A stretch of 64,000 bases of DNA from Pseudonocardiaceae bacterium (GTDB lineage: Bacteria; Actinomycetota; Actinomycetes; Mycobacteriales; Pseudonocardiaceae). Where the stretch lies: positions 126,418 to 190,417 of the forward strand of contig JBOHGD010000001.1 of assembly GCA_050699955.1 (NCBI GenBank), in the 5' to 3' direction. Below the pieces are notes generated by a model. The model saw only the letters and a program-made list of their open reading frames with translations. It made no database searches and was not told the origin of the DNA. The translations under genes were made by a program, and so were the position numbers. This document shows, piece after piece, positions 39,710 to 52,196 of the stretch. Each line of letters opens with the position of its first letter. Within the stretch, counting starts at the first letter, position 1.

Positions 39710-41710
39710 GTGAGCAACGTCGGCCGGTCCCGTCGTGGCCAGCAGGTCCCGGCCGCTGTGCAACCCGTCGCCCGAGTGTGCGTGGACATCCCGCTGGCCC
39801 ACCTCGATCGGCCGTTCGACTACCAGGTGCCCGCCGACCTGGACGCGACGGCGGTGCCGGGGGTGCGGGTGCGGGTGCGGTTCGCCGGGCGGCTGGTGAA
39901 TGGGTGGCTGCTGGAGCGGGCCGAGGGATCCGATCATCCGGGCAAGCTCGGCTGGCTGGAGCGGGTGGTCTCGCCCGAACCGGTGCTCAGCCCGCGGATC
40001 GCGGCGCTGACCCGGGTGGTGGCCGACCGGTGCGCGGGCACGATGAGCGAGGTACTGCGCCTCGCCGTGCCGCCGCGCCATGCCCGCATCGAAGCCGAGC
40101 CGAGCACACCCGTCGCAGCCCACCCGCAACGGCCGGCGACCGACTGCTGGGCCCGCTACCCCCGAGGCCCGGCCTTCCTGGACGCTCTGCACCAGGGCCG
40201 GGCCGCGCACGCCTGCTGGCAGGTGTTACCCGGGGAGGACTGGCCTGCCCGGCTGGCCGAAGCGGCGGTCACGGTGGCCGCCACCGGACGAGGCGCGCTG
40301 CTGGTGGTGCCCGATCATCGGGACACCGCGCGGGTGCACGCCGCAGTCGCCGCACTGGCTGGGCCGGAGATGGTCGTCACCCTGGCCGCCGAGCTGGGGC
40401 CCGCCGAGCGGTACCGCAGATGGCTGGCGGTGCGCCGGGGCGCGGTGCGGATCGTGGTGGGCACCCGGGCGGCAGCCTTCGCCCCCGTTGCGGAGCTGGG
40501 TCTGATGGTGCTCTGGGACGACGGTGACGACCTGCACGCCGAACCGCGGTCCCCCTACCCGCATGCCCGGCTGGTGCTCGGCCAGCGTGCGGTCCTGGAA
40601 GCTGCGGCGCTGCTCGTCGCGGGCCACGCCCGTACCGCCGAGACCCAGCTGTCGGTCGACACCGGATGGGCTCACGAGATCGTCGCGCCGCGCAGCGCGG
40701 TGCGGGTCGTGGCGCCGCGGGTCACCGCGATCGCGGAGGATGACACCCAGCTGGCCCGGGATCCGGCCGCCCGCGCGGCGCGGCTGCCCAGCGTGGCGTT
40801 CGAGGCGGCCCGCGCGGCACTGGGTCGCGACCGGCCGGTGCTCGTGCAGGTACCTCGCCGTGGCTACGTGCCCGTGTTGGCCTGCGGCCAGTGCCGGGTC
40901 CCGGCGCGCTGCCGGCGCTGCGCAGGCCCGCTGGCGCTGCCCGGGGACGCTGCCACGCAGACGCCTGCGTGCCGGTGGTGTGGCGTCAGCGCGGCCGGTC
41001 ATCGGTGCCCCGCCTGCGGCTCGGGCCGGCTGCGGGCGGTGGTGGTCGGTGCCCGGCGGACCGCCGAGGAGCTCGGCCGCGCCTTCCCGGGGACAGCGTT
41101 GCGCAACTCCGGCGGAGGGGAGGTGCTGGCGGAGATCCCGCCGGGACCGGCGCTGGTGATCGCCACTCCCGGCGCTGAGCCGCTGGCCCGTTACGGGGCG
41201 GCGTTGTTGCTGGATGCCGCCGCCCTGCTGGCCCGGCCCGACCTGCGCGCCGCGGAGGAGGCGCTGCGGCGCTGGATGACCGCGGCGGCGATGGTCGAGC
41301 CGGCGGCCGACGGCGGGCGGGTGGTCGTGGTCGCTGAGGCTTCGCTGGTCCCGGTGCAGGCGCTGATCCGGTGGGATCCGGCCGGCCACGCCAGTGCCGA
41401 GCTGGCGGCCCGCACCGAACTCGGGTTTCCCCCCGCGGTGCGGATCGCCGCCGTGGACGGCACCCCGGATACCCTCGCCGGGCTGGCGGAGACGGTGGAG
41501 CTGCCTGCGGGGGCGGAGCTGCTGGGTCCGGTGCCGTTGCCGGCTGGGCGAACGGAGCAGGCGGGCGAGTGGGAACGGCTGCTGATCCGGGTCCCCCGTG
41601 CCCAGGGCAGGGCCCTGGCCGGCGTGCTGGCTGCACTGCAGGCTGGGCGCAGCGCCCGCAAGCTGCCCGACCCGCTGCGGGTCGAGCTCGATCTGCCGAC
41701 CGGTTCATGA
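39710..41710 (+). CDS. priA: Primosomal protein N' (PriA), actinobacterial type
   Basis: [17 protein letters not shown]... plus the Cys-rich zinc region [17 protein letters not shown]...CRWCG...CPACGS. Sits in the conserved position before def-fmt. Confidence 0.9.
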   Translation: MSNVGRSRRGQQVPAAVQPVARVCVDIPLAHLDRPFDYQVPADLDATAVPGVRVRVRFAGRLVNGWLLERAEGSDHPGKLGWLERVVSPEPVLSPRIAALTRVVADRCAGTMSEVLRLAVPPRHARIEAEPSTPVAAHPQRPATDCWARYPRGPAFLDALHQGRAAHACWQVLPGEDWPARLAEAAVTVAATGRGALLVVPDHRDTARVHAAVAALAGPEMVVTLAAELGPAERYRRWLAVRRGAVRIVVGTRAAAFAPVAELGLMVLWDDGDDLHAEPRSPYPHARLVLGQRAVLEAAALLVAGHARTAETQLSVDTGWAHEIVAPRSAVRVVAPRVTAIAEDDTQLARDPAARAARLPSVAFEAARAALGRDRPVLVQVPRRGYVPVLACGQCRVPARCRRCAGPLALPGDAATQTPACRWCGVSAAGHRCPACGSGRLRAVVVGARRTAEELGRAFPGTALRNSGGGEVLAEIPPGPALVIATPGAEPLARYGAALLLDAAALLARPDLRAAEEALRRWMTAAAMVEPAADGGRVVVVAEASLVPVQALIRWDPAGHASAELAARTELGFPPAVRIAAVDGTPDTLAGLAETVELPAGAELLGPVPLPAGRTEQAGEWERLLIRVPRAQGRALAGVLAALQAGRSARKLPDPLRVELDLPTGS

Positions 41711-41776
41711 TCGGCCCTCGGCATCAGAACCGGCTACCGGAACACCGTTACGCACCGACCAGGCATACTTGGCCCC

Positions 41777-42325
41777 ATGCCCGTTCAGCCCCTCCGCCTC
41801 TTCGGCGATCCGGTACTGCGCGCCCGCGCGGACGAGGTCGTCGACTTCGACAAGGAACTCCGCAACCTGGTCCGCGACCTGTGGGACACCATGGCTGACG
41901 AGGGCGGAGCCGGGCTGGCCGCCCCTCAGCTGGGCGTCGCGCTGCGGGTGTTCACCTACCACTGTGACAGCTTCTCCGGGCATCTGGTGAACCCCACTTT
42001 CGACGTGGTGGATGAGCAGATGCAGGACGGGCCGGAGGGCTGCCTGTCGATCCCGGGGCTGTCCTGGGACTGCAGGCGCCATCTGCACGTCGTCGCTCGC
42101 GGGCTGGACCAGCACGGCGAGCCGATCGAAGTGCCCGGCTCCGAGAGCCTGGCCAGGGCGATCCAGCACGAGACCGACCACCTCGACGGTGTGTTGTTCA
42201 TCGACCGGCTCGACCCCGAGACCCGCAAACAGGCCATGCGGGAGATCCGGCAGGCGCGCTGGTTCGGCGCCGCCGAGCCGGTGGTCAAGGTCAGTCCGCA
42301 CCCGCTGCTGGGGAAGGTGCGCTGA
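41777..42325 (+). CDS. def: Peptide deformylase
   Basis: [10 protein letters not shown]...EGCLSIPG...HETDHLDG. Confidence 0.96.
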   Translation: MPVQPLRLFGDPVLRARADEVVDFDKELRNLVRDLWDTMADEGGAGLAAPQLGVALRVFTYHCDSFSGHLVNPTFDVVDEQMQDGPEGCLSIPGLSWDCRRHLHVVARGLDQHGEPIEVPGSESLARAIQHETDHLDGVLFIDRLDPETRKQAMREIRQARWFGAAEPVVKVSPHPLLGKVR

Positions 42326-42330
42326 GCGGC

Positions 42331-43266
42331 GTGCGGCTGGTTTTCGTTGGCACACCTGAGATCGCGGTGCCCTCACTGCAGGCCCTGCTGAAGTCCGACC
42401 GGCATGCGGTCGTCGCGGTGCTGACCCGCCCGGACGCGCCGGCTGGACGGGGGCGGCGGCTGGTCCGCTCCCCGGTCGGCGCACTGGCCGATCGGGCCGG
42501 TCTGGAGGTGCTCACTCCAGGCCGGCCTGCCGAGCCGGACTTCCTGGCCCGGCTCGGCGAGCTCGCCCCGGACTGTTGCCCGGTGGTCGCCTACGGCGCT
42601 CTGGTACCCCGAGCCGCCCTAGATGTGCCCGGGCATGGCTGGGTCAACCTGCACTTCTCTCTGTTGCCCGCCTGGCGTGGTGCCGCACCGGTGCCTGCCG
42701 CGATCCGGCACGGCGACGACATCACCGGCGCCTGCACCTTCGCGCTGGAGGAAGGCCTGGATACTGGCCCGGTATACGGCACGCTCACTGAGGTGATCCA
42801 CGCCGAGGACACCGCGGGTGACCTGCTGAGCCGGTTGGCCGACTCCGGTGCCGGACTGCTCGTCTCGACACTGGACGGGATCGCCGACTGTGTGCTGAGC
42901 CCGGTGCCGCAACCCACCGAGGGTGTCTCCTACGCCCCGAAGCTGACCGCACAGGACGCCGAGGTGGACTTCGCCGCTCCGGCCTTCGCCGTGCACCGGC
43001 AGGTGCGGGCGATGACGCCCGCGCCCGGTGCCTGGGTCCGATTCCGGGATCTGCGGCTGGGCGTGGGTCCGATGCAGCTCGCCGACGAGCCGTCCCCTGA
43101 TGAACTGGAGCCTGGCGAGCTGCGGGCCGGCAAGCGGGAGGTGCTGGTCGGTACCGCGACCGGGGCGCTGCGGCTGGGCGAGATCACCGCGCCCGGCAAG
43201 CGGGCGGTACCCGCCGCGGACTGGGCCCGTGGTGTCCGGCCGCGGCCGGGGGAGCGGTTCGGGTGA
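42331..43266 (+). CDS. fmt: Methionyl-tRNA formyltransferase
   Basis: [15 protein letters not shown]...[16 protein letters not shown]. Confidence 0.95.
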   Translation: MRLVFVGTPEIAVPSLQALLKSDRHAVVAVLTRPDAPAGRGRRLVRSPVGALADRAGLEVLTPGRPAEPDFLARLGELAPDCCPVVAYGALVPRAALDVPGHGWVNLHFSLLPAWRGAAPVPAAIRHGDDITGACTFALEEGLDTGPVYGTLTEVIHAEDTAGDLLSRLADSGAGLLVSTLDGIADCVLSPVPQPTEGVSYAPKLTAQDAEVDFAAPAFAVHRQVRAMTPAPGAWVRFRDLRLGVGPMQLADEPSPDELEPGELRAGKREVLVGTATGALRLGEITAPGKRAVPAADWARGVRPRPGERFG

Positions 43267-43297
43267 CGCTCGCCGTCGAGGGCCTGGCGGGCGCGCC

Positions 43298-44719
43298 GTG
43301 ACCACACCTCGCCGGCCTTCTCGGCCGCGCAGGCGCGGCCCGCCCGCCCGGCGTACGGGACCGCGCAGGCCTCCGGTGGAGAATCCGGCCCGGCGAGCCG
43401 CCCTGGATGCCCTGGCCGCTGTGCGCGAGCGGGACGCCTACGCCAATCTGGTGCTGCCTGGCTTGTTGCGGGAGCGTGGGATCAGCGGCCGGGACGCCGC
43501 GCTGTCCACTGAGCTGTGCTACGGCACGAGCCGAGCCCGGGGTCTGCTGGACGCGGTGCTGCAGACCTGCGTGGACCGACCACTGTCCGAAGTGGATGGT
43601 GAGCTGCTGGACGCCCTTCGGCTGGGCAGCTATCAGCTACTCCGTACCCGGGTGCCGCCACATGCCGCGGTCGCCGCCACCGTGGACCTGGTGCGCGCCG
43701 CGCGTGGCAGTGGCGCGGCCGGCTTCGTGAACGCCGTGCTCCGCCGGGTCGGCAGGCATGACGAGAACGCCTGGATCGAGGCGGTGGCGCCGGCGCGAGA
43801 CGACGACCCGGTGGGCCACCTCGCGATGGCTCACTCGCATCCGCGGTGGATCGCGCAGGTCTTCGCCGACGCACTGGGCGGCGATCATGACGAGCTGGCC
43901 GCGGCGCTGGCTGCCGATACCCGTCCGCTGGTGCACCTCGTTGCCCGTCCGGGCCAGATCAGCGCCGCTGAGCTGGCCGCGGCGACCGGCGGACAGGCCG
44001 CGCCGTACTCGCCTTACGGGGTGCACCTGGCCGAGGGCGGCGACCCGGGTGAGCTGGCCCCGGTCCGCGATCATCTGGCCCACGTGCAGGACGAGGGCAG
44101 CCAGCTCGTCGCGCTGGCGCTGGCCGATGCACCGCTGGACGGCCCGGACGGCCGCTGGCTGGACCTGTGCGCGGGACCGGGGGGCAAGGCGGCGCTGCTG
44201 GGTGCCCTGGCCGCTATCCGGGGGGCGACCCTGGACGCCGTCGAGCCTGCGGAGCACCGGGCCCGCCTGGTCCGCCAGGCCTGTGCGGGTCTGCCGGTGA
44301 CCGTGTACGTCGCCGATGGGCGGGACAGCGGACTGCCGGAGCGAGCCTTCGATCGAGTGCTGGTGGATGTGCCGTGTACCGGTCTCGGGGCGCTGCGTCG
44401 CCGGCCGGAGGCGCGCTGGCGGCGGCGCCCCGACGATGTCGCCGGGCTGGTCCGGCTGCAGCGGGAGCTGCTGCTGGCGGCCTGGCGACTGGTCCGCGCC
44501 GGGGGCGTGGTGGCCTATGTGACCTGCTCACCGCATACCGATGAGACGGTGGGTGTGGTCCAGGACGTGCTGAGGCGCACCGGCGCCGAGCAGCTCGACG
44601 CCACGGTGGGGTTCCCGGGTGTGCCTCTGCTCGGCGAGGGACCGCAGGTGCAGCTGTGGCCGCACCGGCACGGCACCGACGCGATGTTCTGCGCTCTGTT
44701 CCGGCGCCCGGGTGGATGA
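43298..44719 (+). CDS. rsmB: 16S rRNA (cytosine967-C5)-methyltransferase
   Basis: An N-terminal NusB-like domain is followed by DLCAGPGGKAALL, DRVLVDVPCTGLGALRRRPE and YVTCSPH. The basic N-terminal extension makes the start uncertain. Confidence 0.9.
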   Translation: MTTPRRPSRPRRRGPPARRTGPRRPPVENPARRAALDALAAVRERDAYANLVLPGLLRERGISGRDAALSTELCYGTSRARGLLDAVLQTCVDRPLSEVDGELLDALRLGSYQLLRTRVPPHAAVAATVDLVRAARGSGAAGFVNAVLRRVGRHDENAWIEAVAPARDDDPVGHLAMAHSHPRWIAQVFADALGGDHDELAAALAADTRPLVHLVARPGQISAAELAAATGGQAAPYSPYGVHLAEGGDPGELAPVRDHLAHVQDEGSQLVALALADAPLDGPDGRWLDLCAGPGGKAALLGALAAIRGATLDAVEPAEHRARLVRQACAGLPVTVYVADGRDSGLPERAFDRVLVDVPCTGLGALRRRPEARWRRRPDDVAGLVRLQRELLLAAWRLVRAGGVVAYVTCSPHTDETVGVVQDVLRRTGAEQLDATVGFPGVPLLGEGPQVQLWPHRHGTDAMFCALFRRPGG

Positions 44720-44732
44720 TGGCGGGCTGACC

Positions 44733-45224
44733 TCAGCGCCGCTCGATCCGATGTAGCGGGCGCTCCGGGCGCCACAGCTCGATCACCAGATGATCCGGCG
44801 GATCACCGACCCGGGTGACCACGACCTCGCCGATGTCGGCGCGGAACAGGTCGGAGCTCTGATCGGGCGGCGCGCGCAGGGCGTCGAGCGCGGCGGCCAG
44901 CTCGCCTGGGTCGGTGACTCGCACTGCTCTGCCGCTGAGCTTGGCGTCCCCCACCCAGCTGGACTCGTCTCGCTTCGGCGGGTCCACCGAGGCGCTGTGC
45001 AGTGCGAAACGCGGGTCGCGGCGTAGGTCGTGACCCTTGCGCGCGCCCGGCATGGAGCCGAACCACAGCTGACCGGTCACGAAGGTCGCCTCGATCCCGC
45101 TGATCCGCGGCGATCCGTCGACCCGCAGCGTCGCTATCGTCTTGTGCCGATGCGTATCCATGATCGCCTGTACTCGCTGGGCGAAGTCCGGTTCCGAGTC
45201 CACTACGTCACGCCATGCCGCCAC
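44733..45224 (-). CDS. Pyridoxamine 5'-phosphate oxidase-family (PPOX/FMN-binding split barrel) protein
   Basis: GGAGGAGG lies upstream of GTG 45224. HKTIATLRVDGSPRISGIEATFVTGQLWFGSMPGARKGHDLRRDPRFALHS. Confidence 0.75.
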   Translation of the reverse strand: MAAWRDVVDSEPDFAQRVQAIMDTHRHKTIATLRVDGSPRISGIEATFVTGQLWFGSMPGARKGHDLRRDPRFALHSASVDPPKRDESSWVGDAKLSGRAVRVTDPGELAAALDALRAPPDQSSDLFRADIGEVVVTRVGDPPDHLVIELWRPERPLHRIERR

Positions 45225-45427
45225 CCCAACGCCTCCTCCCGGGATCGGGAACACCGTCCCAGGATGGTGCGTCACCGAACCGACAGTCGTTAGCCTCAAC
45301 GGCTGTCGTGCTCTGCATGCGGGCGCGACACCACCGGCGTAGCCGACCTGCGTAGCCGGCTCGCGGCAACCGCTGCATAGCGCTGTTGGCCGGGTTCGAT
45401 AATGTGCACCCTGTGTCACACCAGCCG

Positions 45428-46084
45428 ATGATCGCACCGTCCCTGCTGGCCGCGGACTTCGCCCGGCTTGCCGATGAGGCCAACCGGGTTGCCGGCGCCG
45501 ACTGGCTGCACGTCGATGTGATGGACGCGCACTTCGTGCCGAACCTCACTCTCGGCCTGCCCGTGGTGGAGAGCCTGCTGAAGTACACCGACATCCCGGT
45601 GGACTGCCACCTCATGATCGACAACCCGGATCGGTGGGCGATCGGGTACGCCGAGGCGGGGTCCTACAACGTCACGGTGCACGCCGAGGCCGCCGAGGAC
45701 CCGGTGAAGCTCGCGAGGAACCTGCGCGCGGCCGGGGCCAAGGCCGGTCTCTCGATCAAACCGGGGACCCCGCTCGAGCCCTGGGTCGAGGTGCTGAAGC
45801 ACTACGACACGCTGCTGGTGATGAGCGTGGAGCCCGGCTTCGGCGGGCAGTCGTTCATTCCCGAGGTGCTGGAGAAGGTGCGTATCGCCCGGCGACTGGT
45901 GGACACCGGGCACCTCACCGTGTTGGTGGAGATCGACGGCGGGATCAACGCCGACACGATCGAGGCGGCCGCGGAGGCGGGGGTGGACTGCTTCGTCGCC
46001 GGATCGTCGGTATACGGAGCTGAGGACCCTCAGCGGGCTGTCGAGTTCCTGCGGGCCAAGGCGCTGGCGCACCGAGCGCGATGA
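45428..46084 (+). CDS. rpe: Ribulose-phosphate 3-epimerase
   Basis: [13 protein letters not shown]...[16 protein letters not shown]...[13 protein letters not shown]. Confidence 0.95.
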   Translation: MIAPSLLAADFARLADEANRVAGADWLHVDVMDAHFVPNLTLGLPVVESLLKYTDIPVDCHLMIDNPDRWAIGYAEAGSYNVTVHAEAAEDPVKLARNLRAAGAKAGLSIKPGTPLEPWVEVLKHYDTLLVMSVEPGFGGQSFIPEVLEKVRIARRLVDTGHLTVLVEIDGGINADTIEAAAEAGVDCFVAGSSVYGAEDPQRAVEFLRAKALAHRAR

Positions 46085-46106
46085 GTCGCGCTACTGCCCG
46101 GATACC

Positions 46107-47168
46107 GTGAAGGACTCTGGTGAGGCGGTGCGGCGGGCCACACTGGCTGCCGCGATGCACCGAGCCGTTGCTGCTTCGGAGTTGGTGCGCGGCACCACCA
46201 GCCCCAACCCACCGGTCGGCTGCGTGCTGCTGGACGCCACCGGCGCGACCGCCGGCGTGGGCGCCACCGCGCCGCCGGGCGGCCCGCACGCCGAGGTCCG
46301 GGCACTCGCCCAGGCCGGGGAGCGGGCCCGCGGCGGTACTGCCGTGGTGACCCTGGAACCGTGTGCCCAGCACGGCCGCACCCCACCGTGCACTGATGCG
46401 TTGCTTGCCGCCGGGGTCGCCGAGGTGCACTACGCGGTTGACGATCCGCATCCGGCCGGTGCCGGGGGAGCGGGTGTGCTGCGCGCGGCGGGCGTCACCG
46501 TCGACCAGGGGCTACTGGCCGACCAGATCCGCCGCGGCCCGCTGCGGGCTTGGCTGCACGCGGTGCGTACCGGTCTGCCGCACGTCACCTGGAAGTTCGC
46601 CGCCACCCTGGACGGCCGGGTGGCCGCCGCCGACGGCACCAGCCGGTGGATCAGTGCGCCGGAGTCGCGGGCCGAGGTGCACCGGCTGCGTGCCGCGGTG
46701 GATGCCGTCGTGGCAGGCATCGGCACTGTGCTCGCGGATGACCCGCAGCTCACCGCCAGAGACCCGGACGGCGGGCTGGTCGCCCGGCAACCGCTGCGGG
46801 TGGTGCTCGGCGACCGGGCGGTGCCGCCGGCGGCCCGGGTGCTCGACGGTGCTGCCGAGACGCTCGTGTTGCCCGGGCACGACCCGGCCGCCGCGCTGGC
46901 GGTCCTGCACGGACGGGGCGTGGTCGACGTGCTGCTTGAGGGCGGCCCGACGCTGGCCGGGGCATTCCTGGCCGCCGGGCACGTCGACCGGGTTGTGGCC
47001 TACCTCGCGCCGGCTCTGCTCGGGGCAGGCCCGGCGGCATTGTCCGGGACGGGGATGGGAACGTTGGGGCAGATGCTGCGGTTGCGCATCGAGGAGATCG
47101 GAATGAGCGGGCCTGACATCCGGATCAGTGCGGTTCCGGGCATTCGGGAAGACTCTCGGGAAGGCTGA
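46107..47168 (+). CDS. ribD: Bifunctional riboflavin biosynthesis deaminase/reductase
   Basis: GTTSPNPPVGCVLL...HAEVRALAQAG...TLEPCAQHGRTPPC. Confidence 0.95.
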   Translation: MKDSGEAVRRATLAAAMHRAVAASELVRGTTSPNPPVGCVLLDATGATAGVGATAPPGGPHAEVRALAQAGERARGGTAVVTLEPCAQHGRTPPCTDALLAAGVAEVHYAVDDPHPAGAGGAGVLRAAGVTVDQGLLADQIRRGPLRAWLHAVRTGLPHVTWKFAATLDGRVAAADGTSRWISAPESRAEVHRLRAAVDAVVAGIGTVLADDPQLTARDPDGGLVARQPLRVVLGDRAVPPAARVLDGAAETLVLPGHDPAAALAVLHGRGVVDVLLEGGPTLAGAFLAAGHVDRVVAYLAPALLGAGPAALSGTGMGTLGQMLRLRIEEIGMSGPDIRISAVPGIREDSREG

Positions 47169-47171
47169 GGT

Positions 47172-47815
47172 GTGTTCACCGGCATCGTCGAGGAACTCGG
47201 GGAACTTGTCATCCGGGTCGAGCGGCCCGACGCCGCGCGATTGACCGTGCGGGGACCCGTGGTCTGCTCCGACGCCCGCCCCGGAGACTCGATCGCGGTC
47301 AACGGGGTGTGCCTGACCGTTGTCGAGGTCACCGCCGACGGGTTCACCGCGGACGTGATCGGCGAGACACTGCGTCGCTCCACGCTGGGATCAGCGGTGG
47401 CCGGGGACCGGCTGAACCTGGAGCGGGCCGCGAAGCTGGGCGATCGGCTGGGCGGGCATCTGGTGCAGGGCCATGTCGACGGAGTCGGGACCGTGCTGTC
47501 CCGCACCGCGCCGCAGGGATCCGCCCCGTGGGAGCTGATCCGAGTCGGGCTGCCCGCCGGGCTGGCCCGATATGTGGTCGAGAAGGGGTCCATCACCGTG
47601 GACGGAGTATCGCTCACCGTGGTCGAGGCAGGCACCGACGAGTTCTCCCTGGGACTCATCCCGACCACGCGGGAGCTGACCACCCTGGGTCTGCGCCGTC
47701 CCGGCGAGTCGGTGAACCTCGAGGTCGACGTGATCGCCAAGTATGTCGAGCGGTTGGCCTTGGCACATCTGGCCCCCAGCGGTGCCGGCCTGGGGGATGA
47801 TGCGGGGGAGGAGGA

Positions 47816-47819
<4 letters not shown>
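47172..47819 (+). CDS. ribE: Riboflavin synthase (alpha chain)
   Basis: [10 protein letters not shown]...[13 protein letters not shown]...[12 protein letters not shown]. Confidence 0.95.
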
Positions 47820-49626
<1,807 letters not shown>

Positions 49627-49720
49627 CCCTGCTGCCCGGCGTGTCCGCTCGTAGTGCACGGTGTGTTCGCCCTCGGTGTACGCCAAGACCCGTCGGCGTT
49701 CCTCGTTCGGTGGAGGCGAC

Positions 49721-50191
49721 ATGGTGACTCCCACGGTGTTCGAGGCCCGGCCACGCAAGGCACGTCGGATCGCAGTGGTCGCGGCGGTGTTGCTGGTCGC
49801 GGTGTTCACCGTCGTCGCGGTGCTGCTGCGCAGCACTCCCACCGGGGTCTACTTCCGGGTCTCCGACCAGGTGGCGATGGTGGTGCTCGGGTTGCTGCTC
49901 GCGGGTGCCGCGCTGCTGTTCGGCTGTCCACGGGTGCGGGCCGGTGCCGACGGCGTGGAGGTGCGTAACCTGCTGAGCTCGCGCTTGGTGCCCTGGGAGC
50001 TCGTGCTCCGGGTGTCCTTCCCTGACGGCGCCCCGTGGGCCCGCTTGGAGCTTCCCGACGACGAGTACATCGCGATCATGGCGATCCAGGCCGTCGATGG
50101 GCGACTCGCTGTGCAGGCCATCCGGGGCCTGCGCGCAGCGCATGCGCAGTACACCGGAGGTCCCCAGCCGGGGCCGCCTGACCCCCCGTGA
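49721..50191 (+). CDS. PH-domain membrane protein (Rv1417-like position after ribH)
   Basis: GGAGG lies upstream of ATG 49721. Two TM segments (IAVVAAVLLVAVFTVVAVLL and MVVLGLLLAGAALLFG) are followed by a bacterial PH-like segment, GVEVRNLLSSRLVPWELVLRVSF. Confidence 0.75.
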   Translation: MVTPTVFEARPRKARRIAVVAAVLLVAVFTVVAVLLRSTPTGVYFRVSDQVAMVVLGLLLAGAALLFGCPRVRAGADGVEVRNLLSSRLVPWELVLRVSFPDGAPWARLELPDDEYIAIMAIQAVDGRLAVQAIRGLRAAHAQYTGGPQPGPPDPP

Positions 50192-50230
50192 TCGTCCCCG
50201 ATGCCGGCGACCGGTCGGCGGACGGAGTCG

Positions 50231-50503
50231 TCACAGCCCCCTGGACGCGGCGCGGATCGCCTCGATCATCTGCCCGGCCTGCGGGTCGGTCATCACCACG
50301 GTGGTCTTGACCGCACCGTTGAGCACCACCCATATCCTGGTGCCTCGCCGCATGATGATCACGGTGGCGACCTCGCCCTCCGGCCCGCGGAACGCGAGTA
50401 CGGCGCGGTCGGACTCGCTCTCGCTATAGGTGGCCGTCATCGCTTCCGCTGTGGCAGATGCGAGAGGACCCGCGACCGGCAACGGTCGCTTGTTGATGCT
50501 CAT
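50231..50503 (-). CDS. Hypothetical 90-aa protein
   Basis: ORF convergent with the PH-domain gene. No family recognised. Confidence 0.4.
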   Translation of the reverse strand: MSINKRPLPVAGPLASATAEAMTATYSESESDRAVLAFRGPEGEVATVIIMRRGTRIWVVLNGAVKTTVVMTDPQAGQMIEAIRAASRGL

Positions 50504-50692
50504 CGGATACCCCCAGAGATCCGGCGAGGCCCGCTGCCCCGTCGATCTTCAGACAACCGGTTGAACACCGGGCACGCAAGCGATTGCCCCTGGGTGATCA
50601 CGAATGCGGTGTCCCGGCAAGTTGTGGGGTTATGCGCCATGTGGGTGTTTAGGGTGCCCGCAGGGAGGCATCGCGAACGTCGGCACGGGAAC

Positions 50693-50988
50693 CTACTCGT
50701 TCACTGAGGCGAACATCGCATCGATGTCCTCGAACACCTCGACATCACCGGCCTTGATCTGCGCGCTCGCCTCACGCTCACCGTCCTGCCACTCGGGTTC
50801 CCAGAATCAACGCTGGTCTGTGGGTACGCTGGTCATGCCGCGCAGCAAGACCGCACCGGCGTCAGTGATGGTGAACTCGATCTCATCCCCTCGCCGACGT
50901 GCAGCGCGTCCCTGACTTCCGCAGGCAGGGTGACCTGGGCCTTCGCGCGTACCGTCGCACTTGGCCGCGGTGTCTCCGGCGTAGCCAT
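50693..50988 (-). pseudogene. AbrB/MazE/SpoVT-type antitoxin-like gene carrying a frameshift and an in-frame TGA
   Basis: GGAGTG lies upstream of ATG 50988. MATPETPRPSATVRAKAQVTLPAEVRDALHVGEG shifts frame at GAGGGG-ATGAG (about 50885-50890) into DEIEFTITDAGAVLLRGMTSVPTDQR. TGA at 50807-50809 stands where Trp is expected (RW-FWEPEWQDGE...). The reading frame then continues to TAG at 50693. Confidence 0.6.
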
Positions 50989-51156
50989 GATCACTCCATC
51001 GCTCTCGTCGCACCGCACCCGGCAGAGGGCATCAGGTGCTCCCAGTGGTACGTCAGAAAGTCGGAAAATCCGAACATGTAGCAGGTCACGTGCTTAGCTC
51101 GCGCGGTGCCGCGGCTCTATTCTGACGTGGAGCAGCGGGTACCGGACGGAGGTGCG

Positions 51157-52185
51157 ATGGGCGAGGTCAGGCTGGGGGACATCCGGTTGCGCAACCGGCT
51201 GGTCACCTCGTCCAGCCTGCTCGGCTACGGTGCCGCCGACCCCGGTCTGGTGCCCTACGGGATGAGCCCGATCTCGCGGTTCGTGCCGGTGGAGCGCTTC
51301 GGTGCGGTCACCACCAGGACCTTGACCGTCCAGCCTCGCGACGGACACTTCACCAACCGCACCGACTGGCCGTTGCGGGCACTGCCCGACCTGCTGCGCA
51401 GGTACAGCACCGTGCTGCGCAGGGCCGACGCGGGCTGGCTGAACGCGTTCGGCTGGTGCAACGTCGGGATCGACGCCTACCTGCGCGACTACTACCCACG
51501 CACCCGTGCCCTGAACACGATCATCTCGGTGGGTGGGTTCTCCGTCGAGGAGTTCGTCACCCTGGTCGACACGGTGAACGCCGCGGTGCCCACGGGCGAG
51601 ATCGCCGCCGTCGAGCTCAACGTGTCCTGCCCGAATGTCGACCACGACTTCGAGCCCATTCTGGACGGGGTACTGGCCGACGCGGTACCGCGCAGCCACC
51701 ACCCGGTGATCCTCAAGCTGTCCCCGGACCGCGACTACGTCGGGCACGCCAGGCGGGCCGCTACCGCGGAGGTGTCGGCGCTGACCGCGATCAACACCGT
51801 GCGCGCATTGCGGCTGGACCCGGAGACCGGTCGACCGTGGCTGACCAACCGCTACGGCGGTCTGTCCGGCCGGGCGGTGAAGCCGATCGGCTTGCGGGTG
51901 GTCGCCGAGCTGCGCGATGCGGGAGTCACCCTGCCGGTGATCGCGACCGGTGGAATCCGCACCTTCGACGACTGCCGAGAGTACTTCTGGGCCGGTGCCG
52001 ACGCGGTCAGCCTGGGCAGCGCGAGCTGGCTGGCCTCCTACCCCGGCTACGCGCTGGCTCCCCTGTGGGGCTGGCGGATTCAAACCCTGCTGACCCGGAT
52101 CGAGCGCTACCGTCCGCCCGGAGTCGCCGAGCGCCAGGGCACCGTCGTTCCGGCGCGTGCTTCGCCGCGTTCGGCCGCGCCGTAG
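51157..52185 (+). CDS. Dihydroorotate dehydrogenase-like (class 1 DHOD/DHPD family) flavoenzyme
   Basis: LRNRLVTSSSLLGYG...AAVELNVSCPNV...VILKLSPD...IATGGIRTFDDCREYFWAGADAVSLGSA. It is not in the pyr operon. Confidence 0.75.
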   Translation: MGEVRLGDIRLRNRLVTSSSLLGYGAADPGLVPYGMSPISRFVPVERFGAVTTRTLTVQPRDGHFTNRTDWPLRALPDLLRRYSTVLRRADAGWLNAFGWCNVGIDAYLRDYYPRTRALNTIISVGGFSVEEFVTLVDTVNAAVPTGEIAAVELNVSCPNVDHDFEPILDGVLADAVPRSHHPVILKLSPDRDYVGHARRAATAEVSALTAINTVRALRLDPETGRPWLTNRYGGLSGRAVKPIGLRVVAELRDAGVTLPVIATGGIRTFDDCREYFWAGADAVSLGSASWLASYPGYALAPLWGWRIQTLLTRIERYRPPGVAERQGTVVPARASPRSAAP

Positions 52186-52196
52186 GGTTGGCCACC

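Noticed and set aside
46085-46106. FMN riboswitch ahead of the rib operon. Likewise a SAM riboswitch ahead of metK (24137-24220).
   Set aside because: The intergenic gaps are only 22 nt and 84 nt. Both are too short for these aptamers, and no conserved cores were seen.
50204-50221. Near-palindrome CCGGCGACCGGTCGGCGG between the convergent genes at 50191/50231, as a bidirectional terminator
   Set aside because: The stem would have essentially no loop and one mismatch, and no U-tract follows. Too weak to annotate.
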